Translations under genes and position numbers: made by a program
Assembly (NCBI GenBank): GCA_044892525.1
Contig: CM097885.1
Coordinates: 29,514,001-29,578,000, forward strand
DNA length: 64,000 bases
Reading direction: 5' to 3'
From: Schmidtea polychroa
Lineage: Eukaryota
The notes under the pieces: model-generated
Seen by the model: only the letters and a program-made list of their open reading frames with translations
Told to the model about the DNA's origin: nothing
Databases searched by the model: none
In this document: in pieces, positions 1-13,488 of the stretch
Numbering within the stretch: position 1 is the stretch's first letter
How the letters are laid out: the number at the start of each line of letters is the position of its first letter

Positions 1-1741
1 TTATTGTACCAAACTACATTTTCCATTTCGAAATCAGAAGGCCAAACGAATTTTAAATCTTTTTATTTTCAAATTCACCGAAAAACCACAAAATTTAAAC
101 AACAAGTCCTTTTCAAACAAACTTCCAAATTCACAAAAATAATCCAAAGATTTTATCACCAAACCAAATCCAAAAAAACAGATATCTCCAAAACTCGACC
201 ATTAAACTCAAAACAATTGTCCACGTCTGTGTGCACACACAAATTAATACAATTTAAAAGCAAAAAACGCACACAGACGCGAAACTTCAACTCATAATTC
301 ACCAAAAGCTGTAAAGTAAAGAAGAAAATGAAATTAAAATGAAACTCAAGGTAAATTATGAAGTTATCGAAGAAGCAATTTTAAAAAAAAGTTAAAGCTT
401 GAAAATGCAACTAGATCGAATCATCCTATCATTGAAACCCGAAACAGTATTCAAGTATTTGTGAATTCCCAGTTGTATTGTAAATGTGCTATTCTTCCCG
501 AAAGGTTGCTATAAGCACTCAAGCTATTGTTATAATATTGAGTTACTAGTGTCGCAGTAAATTGGTAATCAATCATGTTAAATCAATATCAAATCAATAA
601 TTGTTAATTTCACTTTTTACCGACAACTCAAACATATTAATGGGTTCTTAGTTTGAAATCATTGAGCTTTTACAAAGTCATATAAATTAGGAAAATATTA
701 AATGTCGGTTCATTACATATGTCATTCTACTATTTGTATTATTTCATAGTTTGTTCGATTATTAAAATCATTTTGTTGGCGCATGCTTGGCACTGACAAA
801 TATAAAAGATTTGAAAGAGATTCTTGTTTTAATTTAATTACTAAATTCAACAAAAGATTTTATCGAAATCAAAAAGAGCCATTCAAACAATCAGTTTGAT
901 AATGAACATCTGTATTATATTATGATGCACAACTTTGCCAAAGAACATTATGGATGTCCCACTTGATAATCACATAATATGGTTAATAATCTCAGCTTAT
1001 GGGCTTTTCATATATTAATTTGACGTTGACGTAGAATAGTGTTAATTTCTAATTCAATAATGTGTCTATTAATTTGTTTACGTAAATTTTATATTGTAAT
1101 TATTAATTAATTATTAATAAAAACAATTAATTGACAAATAATCAAAAAATATATTAAAAATATTTTATATAAATTTTAAAAATTAAATATTAATAATCAA
1201 ATTAAAATAAAACACTATTATATTACAAGTACGACCATTTAACATTTTGTTCACTTTTTATCCGATTTTATTCCTTTAGAATTTCATTTATCTTCATTTC
1301 TACTGTAGATGAATATTTATCTTTAATTGATAAAAATGATACATCAAATATTCTTTCTCATAAATTTATGTTGAAATACACAAACGTATGAATAGGTAGT
1401 ACTCAAATATAATACCGATAGAATTGACAGACATTTGGAATAAAATAAGACAGCACTAAACTCTAAAAATTTATTTAAAAACCTATTACAGATATTCTAG
1501 AAATATTTTAAATACCACATAATTGTCAATTATTATTACATTGCCTTATCATTACATTACAAGTATTTATCTATATCACCACTTTTTCGTTGATATATTT
1601 CCATTCTTTCTTAATTATAGTTTCACAATTATGATTATATTTAATTTGAGTCTATGAAATTTTTCTCACTTTTCAATAATTTCACCACTTAATAATTAAA
1701 TTTATTATTAAAATTATTTTATTTAAATTAAAATATTTTAG

Positions 1742-1955
1742 TTAGTAATGTGGGAGAAAAATGGAGAGCCAATATTTATTAATAAAGTAGCGTTCCACAA
1801 AAATTATCGCTATATTCTCAGACAAGTTGATAATGGTCATTCAAGAGTTTCTTCAACTTTCATCATTAATAACCTTCAGAAATCAGATAAAGGATCATAC
1901 AGTTGTAAAATATCTGCATCCGATGAAGAACTAAACTTTCAATTGTGTGTTTTTG
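1742..1955 (+). CDS. Internal exon encoding the C-terminal part of an Ig-like domain (IgSF protein)
   Basis: Translation has W-x-K-N-G, an E-strand-like STFIINNL and DKGSYSC (D-x-G-x-Y-x-C). Acceptor ttttag at ~1741 (alternative AG at 1745) and a phase-1 donor G|GTAAG at 1955/1956. Confidence 0.8.
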
Positions 1956-2439
1956 GTAAGAATTAAGTTTGAAATTGTTTTATTGAATTTTTGATTATAA
2001 TAATTTTATTAAATATTATAAATATTATTATTACTTTTTCTGAGTTATTGTGGTTGAACTCGATACTGAATCGGAATCCTTGTGTTTTTTGTCTCAATTA
2101 TTTAACTAAGATTCAACACAGAATACACGACAACAAATTTCGAACAAATATTGTCAATTACACTATTATTCGATCTGCACCTAACTAATAATTATTTATT
2201 TATTTTTAACTAATTTGAATTTATTGAATATCTTTCTGTGGAGCTCGAAAATTAATTGTATTTTATTATATTTGTGTTTGTCTGAACATATGTTATCTGT
2301 ACGTACCCATTTCCCGTGGAATACGTCAAAATTTTATTTTCAAATTTTTAATTAATTTTTTATAAGTTTTGGCATTTAATCAATTTACACATTTAATTAT
2401 CTTTTGTGCTTTTTAGACGAACCCCAATAACTATTGTTA

Positions 2440-2440
2440 A

Positions 2441-2523
<83 letters not shown>

Positions 2524-2736
2524 TTATTATTTAAAACAATAAAATGATAATTTAAGCCTTTTGCTGCAAATAATGTATTTAATGAAAGAATTTTCGACTA
2601 TAAGATAGATTGATAAAGACTATCTTATAGTCGAAAATTCTTTCATTAAATACATTATTTGCAGCAAAAGGCTTAAATTATCTTTTTATTGTTTTAAATA
2701 AAAAAATGCTGCTACCAAGAAATCATCATTTTATAC

Positions 2737-2810
<74 letters not shown>
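2440..2810. repeat. (ATT)n microsatellite interrupted by a palindromic insertion
   Basis: ATT runs at ~2440-2530 and ~2738-2810 flank the 2529-2700 hairpin. Confidence 0.9.
2529..2700. mobile_element. Inverted pair of Penelope pLTR-like fragments (family B) containing a minimal hammerhead motif
   Basis: Near-perfect hairpin with ~80-bp arms. The + strand at 2610-2644 reads TTGATAA-a-GACTA-tctta-TAGTC-GAAA-at-TC. Related copies at ~31040-31115 and ~50940-51023. Confidence 0.6.
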
Positions 2811-2811
<1 letters not shown>

Positions 2812-4894
2812 AATAATATATATTTGTTAAATAAATGTTTATTCGGGTTTGAATAATAACCGAATGCAAGTAATTTTTGAATTTCATTAGATAAATGTTT
2901 ACGTAGGATTAATGTGCTGGATTTAGAAAAAAATGATTGATTTCACTTTAATAATTGTTCTATAAAAATTATTTTAATTACAATGTTTTACTGCAATTAT
3001 TATATTACCAAACATAATTGATTAAAAATAGGTTTACTATATATTGCTTTTGTTTTCACTGGAACAAGTAAATATTCTTTTCATAAATGTAAATTGTTAA
3101 TTTATATTAATTGTTTTCTTGATAATGAATCATTTTCCTAATTATAATTCCAATTAATATAGAAATGCAATCTTCCAAAAGAATTAGTATATAAATGTAA
3201 AGTCCGCGTAATATTTTTTTATATTCATTTTAATATTGTTGTAACTTTATTTTTCATTCAATTTTAACAATAAATATTTATTTGTATATGAATAAATTAT
3301 TTTTAATTTTAATAGATTTTTAATTGTTAAAATTTGGTCAGTGGTGTTTACGTAACGTTTTAAAATAAATTACATAAATATTTGTTTAACTAATTCATTT
3401 ATATTACAATTTCTATAACTATATTCCAACTTTCGAAGGTATTAAACATTCAGAATTGTAAAATGCCTTTGTATCTGTAGCTTAAATTTTATGAGAAATC
3501 ATGAATTAAATAAATATATATTGAATCAAGAAAAACAATATATTAAATTTTTTTTAATATATAGGTTACTAAATTTTTCACCACTTTTAACACTAGATTT
3601 TCAGGTAAAATAGCCGTATAAATAAGTATATCTAATTCGATATGCGAAATGAGGGAGTCGGTAGAGGAGAGTAATTAATATTTACCTATATTTCATGGCG
3701 TATCTAAAAACCAACATATGTATTCAAAAAATAATAAATCAGTATTATATATTTCTTTATAGCAATAAAATTTTAAATGAGTCAAATTGGCTCAGTTCGT
3801 AAATCTAGTGTTTAATAATATCAGTTTTGATGTATCTTGTGTTTTTATAAAAAATATTTTTATATTTTTATAAAATGTAAATATATTTATTTGGTCTTTT
3901 CTTGATAGGATGAAATACTTGAATTAAATTCTAACAAAAGAAAGTTAAGAATAATATGAAAAGAAAATAAAGAAAATTGAAAACCTTTCTAAGATTGTGA
4001 TTTTCTAATTTAATATATTAAATTTATAATAGTAAGTAAATATTATGAAAACTATACAAATTGCTAACTGTCAGAAATCGTATTCCAAAAGATTATTTAT
4101 GTATAATTTTCTAAACAATAAATTTAAATGGAATTACCATCATTGAAATTTTCGATCATTTGGAAATTGTTGAAAGTAGAAAATACATTCTCTACTTCTT
4201 TGAAACCCTTTGTTGCTGCAGCAATTAAATAAAATAAAATCTCTCTCATATTTCAGTTTATCAATGCAATTTCTCAACAAATTTTTCCATTCTAATAACG
4301 ATTGCACTTGAGAAAAATTCAAATGACATTGATAGATATATGTGCACTGAAATATGTGGAGAAAAAATTAGAAATTAAATAATTAAATAATTCTGTAAAA
4401 AAACTATTAAATGAAAAAATTGATTTATTCAGATAAATAAGAGAAGAAACATTTTAAAAAATATATTATTATTATTATTATTAGGATTCTCATCCGTTTT
4501 CAAATCACTAAATAATTCCATAAATTTTATTTAATAAATGATATACTCAAAAACTTGTCTGTTCTTATTTTTGTTATTTAAACAAATTTCAGATTTTCTT
4601 AAAATATTTCTTTGATAGAAATATTTTTTAAAATTGATAAATTTCTTTCTTTTTAAAATATTTTTCAATAAAAATATATTTTAAATTTTTACAAAATTTC
4701 TAATTAATCTTTAAGAATCTTTCAACTTCCTCATAATTATTAATGCATATTTTAACAGATTTAAATTATAGAACAGGATTTTTTTAAATATATTTTTGCA
4801 ATGTATTTCGAGAACTCTGCTGTTATCAACAGGAACTAAACAATTTCAATATAAACGATTACACTTATTAATATAAGAATTTTTATTTCTTCCA

Positions 4895-5106
4895 ATTTCA
4901 CCACTGATTATTTTATCCATTGAATTGAAAATAGAGTTTGAAGACTATAAATCAGTAATATATCGATGTTTGTTGATACTCATGAATTTTCGGCACTGCC
5001 TTTTTCAAGTGAACTCCCTTGAGAAAAGCAGTGCCGAAAATTCGTGAGTATCAACAAACATCGATATATTACTGATTTATAGTCTTAAAACTCTCTTTTC
5101 AATTCG
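4895..5106. mobile_element. Inverted pair of Penelope pLTR-like fragments (family A) with two hammerhead-like motifs
   Basis: Hairpin 4922-5106. Minus 4980-5012 reads tcac-TTGAAAA-aggcagtgcc-GAAA-at-TC-atga; plus 5015-5047 is similar. Related sequence at ~11280-11410, 15896-16030, 23715-23800, 27490-27605 and 53300-53350. Confidence 0.6.
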
Positions 5107-7899
5107 ATTATACTTATAGATTTATTAGTAATTGCAGAATTATATGTGCGGAATCTAATAAAATTTATTAATCATGATAATTATTCTATTTCCATTCAAT
5201 TACTATGCTTTCAAACTCGTGTACAAAAATAACAGGTAATCTCTCCAATACATGTGGCATTACACCTATTACAGGTAAGAAGATATACAATATCTGAACA
5301 TAAACCAAAAGGTGTCACAGATTTATTACTGAGCATATCACAAACTTTACAAGACTTTGAAATAATTTTAACATTAAATCTTTAAATATTTTTTTTAAAA
5401 TAGCTTTTTGATTCAAATGAATAATGGTAAACTGATATTATAAGTGAAAGTGATTTGTCTGTTACTAGTTCAATTATAGTTTTACTTTTTCCTGGAGGTT
5501 TCAAAACCTTTGATAAAGCTATTTTAAAAATTATTGAAAGCATAAATATTAAATATTAATTTCAAAAACTATTGTGATTGTATAACTTTTGAAGTCTTGA
5601 TGACTCCGCGCATATAATTATGTAACCTATGTAACCTATATGTATGGTCATTTATTTTGAAATTGTTTAGTTCCTGGTGATAACAGTCAAGTTGTTTAAA
5701 TATTTTTAAAAATCCTGTTTTCTATTTAATTCTTTAAAAATAAGAAATAATGATAATAAATTTAATAATAAAAATAATAATAATTATTATTATTATGGAA
5801 ATAAATTAATTATTTAAATTATTTGTTTTATTGGTTGTTTACATAATTAATGTAGTTTATTCAAATTCGAAGCATAAAACAATTAATTTAATGGAAATAA
5901 CTCAGTTTTTCTGTTAATTTTTAATAAACTATATTGTTAAATTATCTTTGAAGTTAGCTGAAAAGAATTTCACTAACAAATTCAAAATTAAAAAGAATTA
6001 AATAAAAGGGAAATAAAACTTTTGAACTAAAGATTTTAATGAGTTTGACTTTTGTTTTAGTTATCCATTTGTGATATTTGTTTATAATCAAGTAGTTTCC
6101 AAACTAATTAAAACAATTAAATGTGATATTTCAACATACTATTTTCTTATCTCTTTATAAACCTGACACCGGCTTTGAACCACTTGGTAAAGACTACCTT
6201 TTCCCCCTTCCTACTAAAAACCGAAATTAAAAAATAACTTGAATCAAATTTACTTGATAGAATGCAACATTTAGTAAATTAATAAACAAATATATCAACA
6301 AAGTCTAAGTTGTTTTTTTTAGAATTTATAATTAGAGAAAATAACAAAATGTACAGCTCCTACATAGACATGGAAAGTTATAGAAATGAATAAACATTAT
6401 TATAAACTAAATTTTATTGTATTGGCTGAGGCTAGTAAGGGAGACTAATCCTAGAATTTTTCAATTGAAATAGCTTTGTAAATAATATAAACAAATTTGT
6501 TATTGAAAGTCGTAAAGAGTTCATTTAAGTTTTAATGAGCTAACTTAGAAAATACAAATTAAATTTGAATGAGAAAATAGTTTAAATGAAAAAAATAGAA
6601 TTACAAGTAAAGTTCAAAGAAAATCTTATTTTACTGTTAATGTAAAATTATTTTATCATATGTCTATTTATAACTTATCGGGAAGTGACATAGTGATAAT
6701 TTTGACAAATCTTCACATGAAATTGGTTTTATTCGGTCGCGGAAATCTTTTCGACATTTCTCTTTCAGATTTTAGTGATAATTAATTACATTTGGAAGAA
6801 AAACTGAATTTGATTTATTATCAACAGTTGGGGTAGCTCATGTGTCTATGGGGCTCTGGACAGAGAGCAAAATTGTATGTGAATTTAAGTTATAAATTCT
6901 AAATTCTGAAATTTATGATAATTGTGCTGTAATCGTGTAATGTTATAGGAAAAATTATGAATTATAATTATCATATTTAAACATTCTCATTTTTACGAAC
7001 TTATAATGAAATTATTAAAAGCAATAAAACTATTATAATTTTACATTTTTTTCTAAAATTTTAACATTCAAAACTATGCCGTTGCAGAAATTACTGAACA
7101 AGTCAAATCACCAAAAGATGTTACAAAAAACAAAAATCAAAAATTATTTAAAAATAAATTTTATATTGAAATATGCTAAATTCTGGTTTTTGTTAATGTT
7201 TATTTATTATTAAATTTAACATTTTCTCTAGAATTTTGTTTCTTGTGTATAATAATTTCATATTCCGTATACTTCAATGAAAAATAAATAATTTATCACA
7301 GATTATTTATTTATATTATGATTATTTTAACAATTTCCATTACATCAATAAACTTATATTATAGGAAGCCTCTAACTTTTTTTGTTGCATGGAATAACAT
7401 CATTTAATAAAGAAATTGAAAATATTAGCTTTAACACACAAACACAACATATTAAAAAAATAAAATAACATGTGAATATTTGATGACTGGAAATGTTGCA
7501 TGGAATAAAAGAATTTTAAATTTGTATTTTTTGAAGAAACAAATTGAAAGAAACAAACTTAAAAATCTCAATGTAAAAAACTAAAACACTATTTTATGAA
7601 TATACGCCAATTTTGATCAGAATGCATAAGCAAATTATGGCTCATCTATTAGTTTGCACACAACCTGTATTATAGACGTCATTATTTCATGCAAACAGGT
7701 GTAATTCTCTACACCTAATTTTAATGAATAAAAGTTTTTATAATACACGTTGGCGTATACATCATTTGTATGTGACTCATCATTTTTGAGAAAATGAAGT
7801 TTGTAATTTGATTTATTTAATTTTAGAAATGACTTTCAAGTAGGTTTTTTCAATTTTAAGTAAATTTTAAGGCTTTAATTTTAATTTTATAAAAGTATT

Positions 7900-8110
7900 A
7901 CATCAGGTTTTTAAATATCACATTTAGTCAACATTTGTATTTTTATTTATTTTTCAGCTTTTTTCAGCTTTTTTAAAGAATTTATGCATGAAATATATTT
8001 TAGAATTATTTTGGAATTATTTCGATATAATGTAAGTTAGATCAATTTTGAATTATAATTTATTAAAGAAACTAATCGCCAAACCCATTTATTTTTTTAA
8101 TACATTTATT
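7900..8110 (+). repeat. Dispersed repeat family, unclassified
   Basis: The block ttttggaattatttcgatataat..aagt.agat..atttt.aa also occurs at ~20100-20260 (+) and ~60020-60280 (reverse complement). Confidence 0.55.
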
Positions 8111-11100
8111 TCCCTGTTCTTCGGAAGCAATTTGTTTGCTGTCACCTCTTTCCTTTAGAAATTTCTCCAAATTATTTGTATCTGTAAATTATTGTTCCAA
8201 TCGATTTTTTGGTAATTCATAGTAATCTTTACCATTGTCGAAGGCATTAATTAATCGAATTTTGGATTGTTCTGATTCTATTAAAATATTATTCTTAAAT
8301 TTATTTATTAAAATTTACGATTTTCAATTTTGTTTCTCAAAATAAAAAGAGGTAAAAGGACCTGGTTGAATATTTGAAATTTCACCTCCACAAGAAGTAA
8401 AATTTGAAAGGAATTATCTGAATATACTGAAAATACTGTAAAAGATTTAAATTCTTTGTAACTTCATGAGTAAATCTTACGTTGTCAGCTATTCATCTTC
8501 GCAAAAAGGCAGCATTTCCCATTTTAATTGGAAACAATTTAACTTGTTTTGACTATTCAATTATTACTTATAGCTATTATAGCGAAAATATTTCCTAAAT
8601 CAGACAATAAGATATTTATTTTCATTATAAGTTCTAAAATTTTTGAGAAATATTAAATTTATAATTAATCTTATAAATCTTACAAAGTTTTCTCGTCATT
8701 TCTTTCCGCTGTTTTGATAAATTGGAAATAATAATATGTTTTCTATATGTTAATCACTTTTATTCATTACACGAAACACCGCTGAGATACAGTGAATTTG
8801 GAAATGGTGTTAAAAATAAACAATATGCCATACTGTAGATTTGCAATTTTAAAGCTTCAGAGATAATAGTGGAAATGTGTTTGGGAACTGTAAACAATTT
8901 CATTGAGCGAGTTATTACAGACTGAAAAATTTGTGAAAATTTTAAGACGTCAAAAGTATGCTATTAAACAGTTTATTTCATATTTTGAAATTATAAATAA
9001 AATATATAAATATTATAAACTGTTATATTATAAAATATTTTTTAATTATTCAAATAAATTATTTAAAATTTCAAATAAGATTTTATGTTGCAAAAATTAA
9101 TTAATTTAAAATAAATTGAATTTGTGATAATATTTATTATCGGTAAAATATTTTATTTATTAATTTTTCATCAGAACCGAAAACTTATCTATATCTATTG
9201 CTCCTAGTTTTTGCATTTAATTCTTTTGATATCATTGGACAATAATAAAAAAAATTCTTCAAAATCATGAATAAATGATTTGTATTTTATTCGAATGAAT
9301 CTATAGTTTTATTTTATCCTACCTTACTATTTTTGTTCTGAAATGTTAGTAATGCAAACTGTGTCTATAGAACGTTACATTTTTTATATTTTTGATAAAA
9401 ATTCATTCAGTTTTATTTTGTAGTGACGTTTCTTTTGAACTTCGATTTTGGATTTGATAGTTTAAATTTTTAAATTTTTAAAAAATATTTTATAATATTA
9501 TTTAAATTTTACAAATGTAACTTTTCGATAGACAAAGTTAATGCAATAGAATAGACTGATATTAAATTTACGTATTAATACTATAGGACTCCTAAATATG
9601 CATATACTCAGTTTCGAGTGAATTTTAAATTTATAAAAATTTATAAAAATTTATAAAAATTTATAAAACATTCTAATAGCAATTGTGTAAAGTTGAACCA
9701 CAGGAAATTACACATATAAATTCAGCGAAAAAAGAAAATATTAGATTTTAATTAATTTCATTTAAAATAATGAATAACATTTATTCAACGAGTTTATTTT
9801 AAATATATTTTTATGATAAATTTTAATATAAAGTTGTGTGAATCTTTAAAAATTTCATATCCAATAAGTGTTTAAATTATATATATTTTTTGACAGGTTT
9901 AAACACAATTTTCGAGTTTAACCTTATTCTTTGTATTTCAGATGGTTTTTGGTTCGCATTAATAAAATAAATAAATTTATCTTGATTTTTATTAATGATG
10001 ATTGCAAATATTCATTGTCAATTATTCCCTCAAGTAATGAGATACTTCCAAATGTCAAAAGAAAGTTGAAGAACTGAAATTTATCAATGATAAATTCGCC
10101 GTTTTCTTTTATGTAACATTAAAATAAACATCTAAATTAAATTAAATTAAATTAAATTAAATTCTACTAGTCACATTTCTTCTTATTTCTAGTCTTATTA
10201 ATTTATTTGATTTTAAATGATAAAAATGGAAACTTGTTTCGAAAATTACATATTGGGCAAAATTATTTCTAAATCAATTTATTAAAATAAAATTTAAAAA
10301 AAATTTAATATAAAAATATTTTTGATATTTTATTTATTTTCATTAAGAAAAATGACCAAAAATCAATCGTCAATCATAATGAAAATACATAGAATATCAA
10401 AGGAAAGTAGACCCAAAAATAAGAGATTTCTCCAATAATTAATTAAACCCTAAATAAGGCAAAAATAAAGAACACCATTTTTAATATATATTTCGACAGC
10501 TCATCTATCTTTAATATGTAATTATATGTTATCACTTAAAATGTAGAGATATGATCATTTTAATAAATCTGTCTAATGCAGTAAGTTTCAACCTGTGCAC
10601 TGTGAAAAGGTTAAAAAATATTTAAAATTTCTCGGGTTTTTATGGAAAATTTAAAATTTATCAAAGAGAGTTTAAAGAATTTTTAAACAAATATTTTTCT
10701 TTGATATCATTTTTGAAAGTTTCCAAAATTGTTAAAATTTTTAAATCCAATTTAATAAAGTATGTAAATAAATCATGAATTACAATACTTTGATGCTTAT
10801 AAATTTTATATAGAATTCCTAATTTTCTATATTTTTCAGTCAATTTTCTTCGTTATTTTCTGATCTCTATTAATAATGTTTTAATATATAAATTTACTTT
10901 TCCTTCTAATTTTAACAAATTTATTAGAGGGGGCAACAATAAAAAATTGCATCACATTATTTTCATGACATAAAAATTATTAAGTCTTTCCAACTATGCT
11001 GCAAAAACTTTATTTATTTGGAAATCGAAAGATTTGTTGTTAAATAGTACAAATGGGTGAAACATTAAACACCATTATTATTTTTGTTTATTGTTACAGG

Positions 11101-11279
11101 GCTAGTCATTTCAAAATTAACAGCCATAATATATTATAAAGCTTTTTAGATATTTTCAAAAGATAAAGAAAGAAATGTAGGGAAAATGGAAATTATTTTA
11201 TTGTCATTTTTAGGTGAAATGAAATAGAAGATAAATGGAAAAAGTATTATAAGGTAATATAGTTATTATAAGAACCTTT

Positions 11280-11410
11280 TTCAAATTTCACCACTGATTT
11301 CTTTACAATTGACATTGACTTTTATTAAAAGGCTTGACAATGAATCAGTAAATATATCGATGTATTTTTGATATATTTACTGATTAATAGTCAAGCTTTT
11401 TAATAAATAT
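11280..11410. mobile_element. Family A pLTR-like fragment forming a short hairpin
   Basis: tttattaaaaggcttgac...aatcagtaaatatatc pairs with gatatatttactgatt...gtcaagctttttaataaa; shares aatttcaccactgatt with 4895 and 27495. Confidence 0.55.
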
Positions 11411-13171
11411 AATATAGTTATATTTATTTTACAAAGTTATAACTAATCTTATAAAATTTTACAAATATTATTTTCTTTCTGAAATTTTCCCATTTTAGGA
11501 ACATCCATGCTGATTCGATAATTTTTTCTTTGGAACTTTATTCATTGTCAAAAATTGCAATTTTCATAAACAAAACAAATAAATTTCTCTGAGGACCAAA
11601 TATGATGAGTATAAATAATTGATATAATAAGGAAATATATTCTCCATCGAAATGATAATAAAGTTTCAATTATATTATTTATCTTTATAATTATTTTTTA
11701 TTAATTTAATTTTTCTTATGTATAAATTTCCAATATTTTTCCCTATTTAAATTAATCCATTTTCTTTCAATTTCTTCGAATAAAAGGTTTTTCTTTCGTT
11801 TTAATTTTTTTGGCATGTCAATTTTATCACTTAAATTTGAGAATTTGTTTTAAAATCTTTTTCTTATATTATAAGCACCATATAATAATTAATTTTTATT
11901 TAGGAAATTTTAATTCGATTTGTATTTTGTTTGTATTTTATGTATTTTGTTTTATATTTAGCTATTTTATATGTTTAACTGTTTCTGACAAATATAATCT
12001 TCATGAATAAGTGAATGTGTTTTGTTTAAAATAGTAGAGTATTTTAAAACGTGTTTTAAATCTGAAAATGTGCTTTTGGTTTTAAATAGAATATGTAAAT
12101 TTTTTTTCATGTATCTGCTTGTCATTAAAACAAAAACTGACCACTTTTTCATGACGAGTACATTCATCAACCATATTTGAGTGAATAAAAATTATTTAAA
12201 TATTCGTTTTTAGATTATGCATTTAAATTATTTATTAAAATGATTAGAAGAGAATAGTGTAGTCCGTCTAAAATAAATTCTAAAATATAACAACGTCTGA
12301 CAGGCCTGGTAATTCATTTATAATTGGGAGAAAACTTGTGTTTTGAATTTAAGAAATTTGACAAAACTGTAAAGAGTTAATAAATATTAAATAATTTGTT
12401 ATCGGTTTATTATGAATAAGTGAGTCGACTAATAAGTGTCTCAAAACGGACATGATATATTCAAATCTATGAATTTTATAGCAATTCCCCATTAGTAATC
12501 CCACGATGCCCGTATTGAGGCGAGATAATTATTCAGGAAATTATCCTATGTATAAACTTTATCAATCTCATTTGCAAATACAACTTGGGCATTGACAATT
12601 TGATATTTTATTTATTAGTAACGTAATAAGAGCTAACATGGTAAAGTTTGCATGCAAATTTGTATTATTTTCTAATTTTGATTTAGTTTTATTTTTCGTG
12701 TTAAATGAAGCATATCTCACAAAAATTCTCATTTAATGATGACTGTTAATTATTTGATAAAAAATACGAGAGATATTAAATTTTAGGGAAAATGTAAGCA
12801 TGTTTTATATATTGGTTAAAGATGTCTGAAGTAAAAAAATTAATTAAATTAAAGAAAATTAGAAAAAAGAACAAAACTTTATCTAAACTTTGTTAAAGTA
12901 AAAAATACAATGGTGAACTGTAGAATTCCACGTATTGTTAGGAGGCGTTGGTATAGCCTATCAGAGGAATGCTTGAAAGAATGGAAAATTCTGAAAGTTT
13001 TCAGATTATTGTTAGATATCAGCAATAGTTGAAAGGAATAATGGTAATATTGTAATGACGAATCTTCTTACCATAATTTACTTTTCATAAAAATAAATAG
13101 TTAGATTTAGATAAAAAATTTATTATAAGAATGAATGATGAAATTGATATAAATAATTACCCAAGTATGCC

Positions 13172-13488
13172 AGTGCAAGTATATGTAATGCGAGTATATG
13201 TAAGTGCTAGACTATGTAGGTGCGAGTATATGTAATGCGAGTATATGTAAGTGCTAGATTATGTAGGTGCGAGTATATGTAATGTGAGTATGTAAGTGCT
13301 AGATTATGTAGGTGCGAGTATATGTAATGTGAGTGTGTAAGTGCTAGATTATGTAGGTGCGAGTATGTGAAATGGGAGTATGTAAGTGCTAGATTATGTA
13401 GGGGCGAGTATATGTAATGCAGTTATATGTAAGTGCAAGATTATCTAGGTGCGAGTATATGTAAGTGCGGCTATATGTAAGTGCGAGT
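13172..13488. repeat. Minisatellite, ~46-48-bp higher-order unit built from ~15-17-bp subunits
   Basis: Repeats of gcgagtatatgtaat / gagtatatgtaagtgct / agattatgtaggt. Confidence 0.9.

Noticed and set aside
4..297. 97-aa K/T/Q-rich ORF
   Set aside because: Compositionally biased, non-ATG start, no motif; possibly a TE untranslated region, but this cannot be supported.
2417..2430. Tiny terminal exon (DEPQ*) after the first Ig exon
   Set aside because: A plausible acceptor and phase, but too short to support without transcripts.
13172..13488. Possible CRISPR or coding repeat
   Set aside because: Simple tandem minisatellite without spacers or an ORF.
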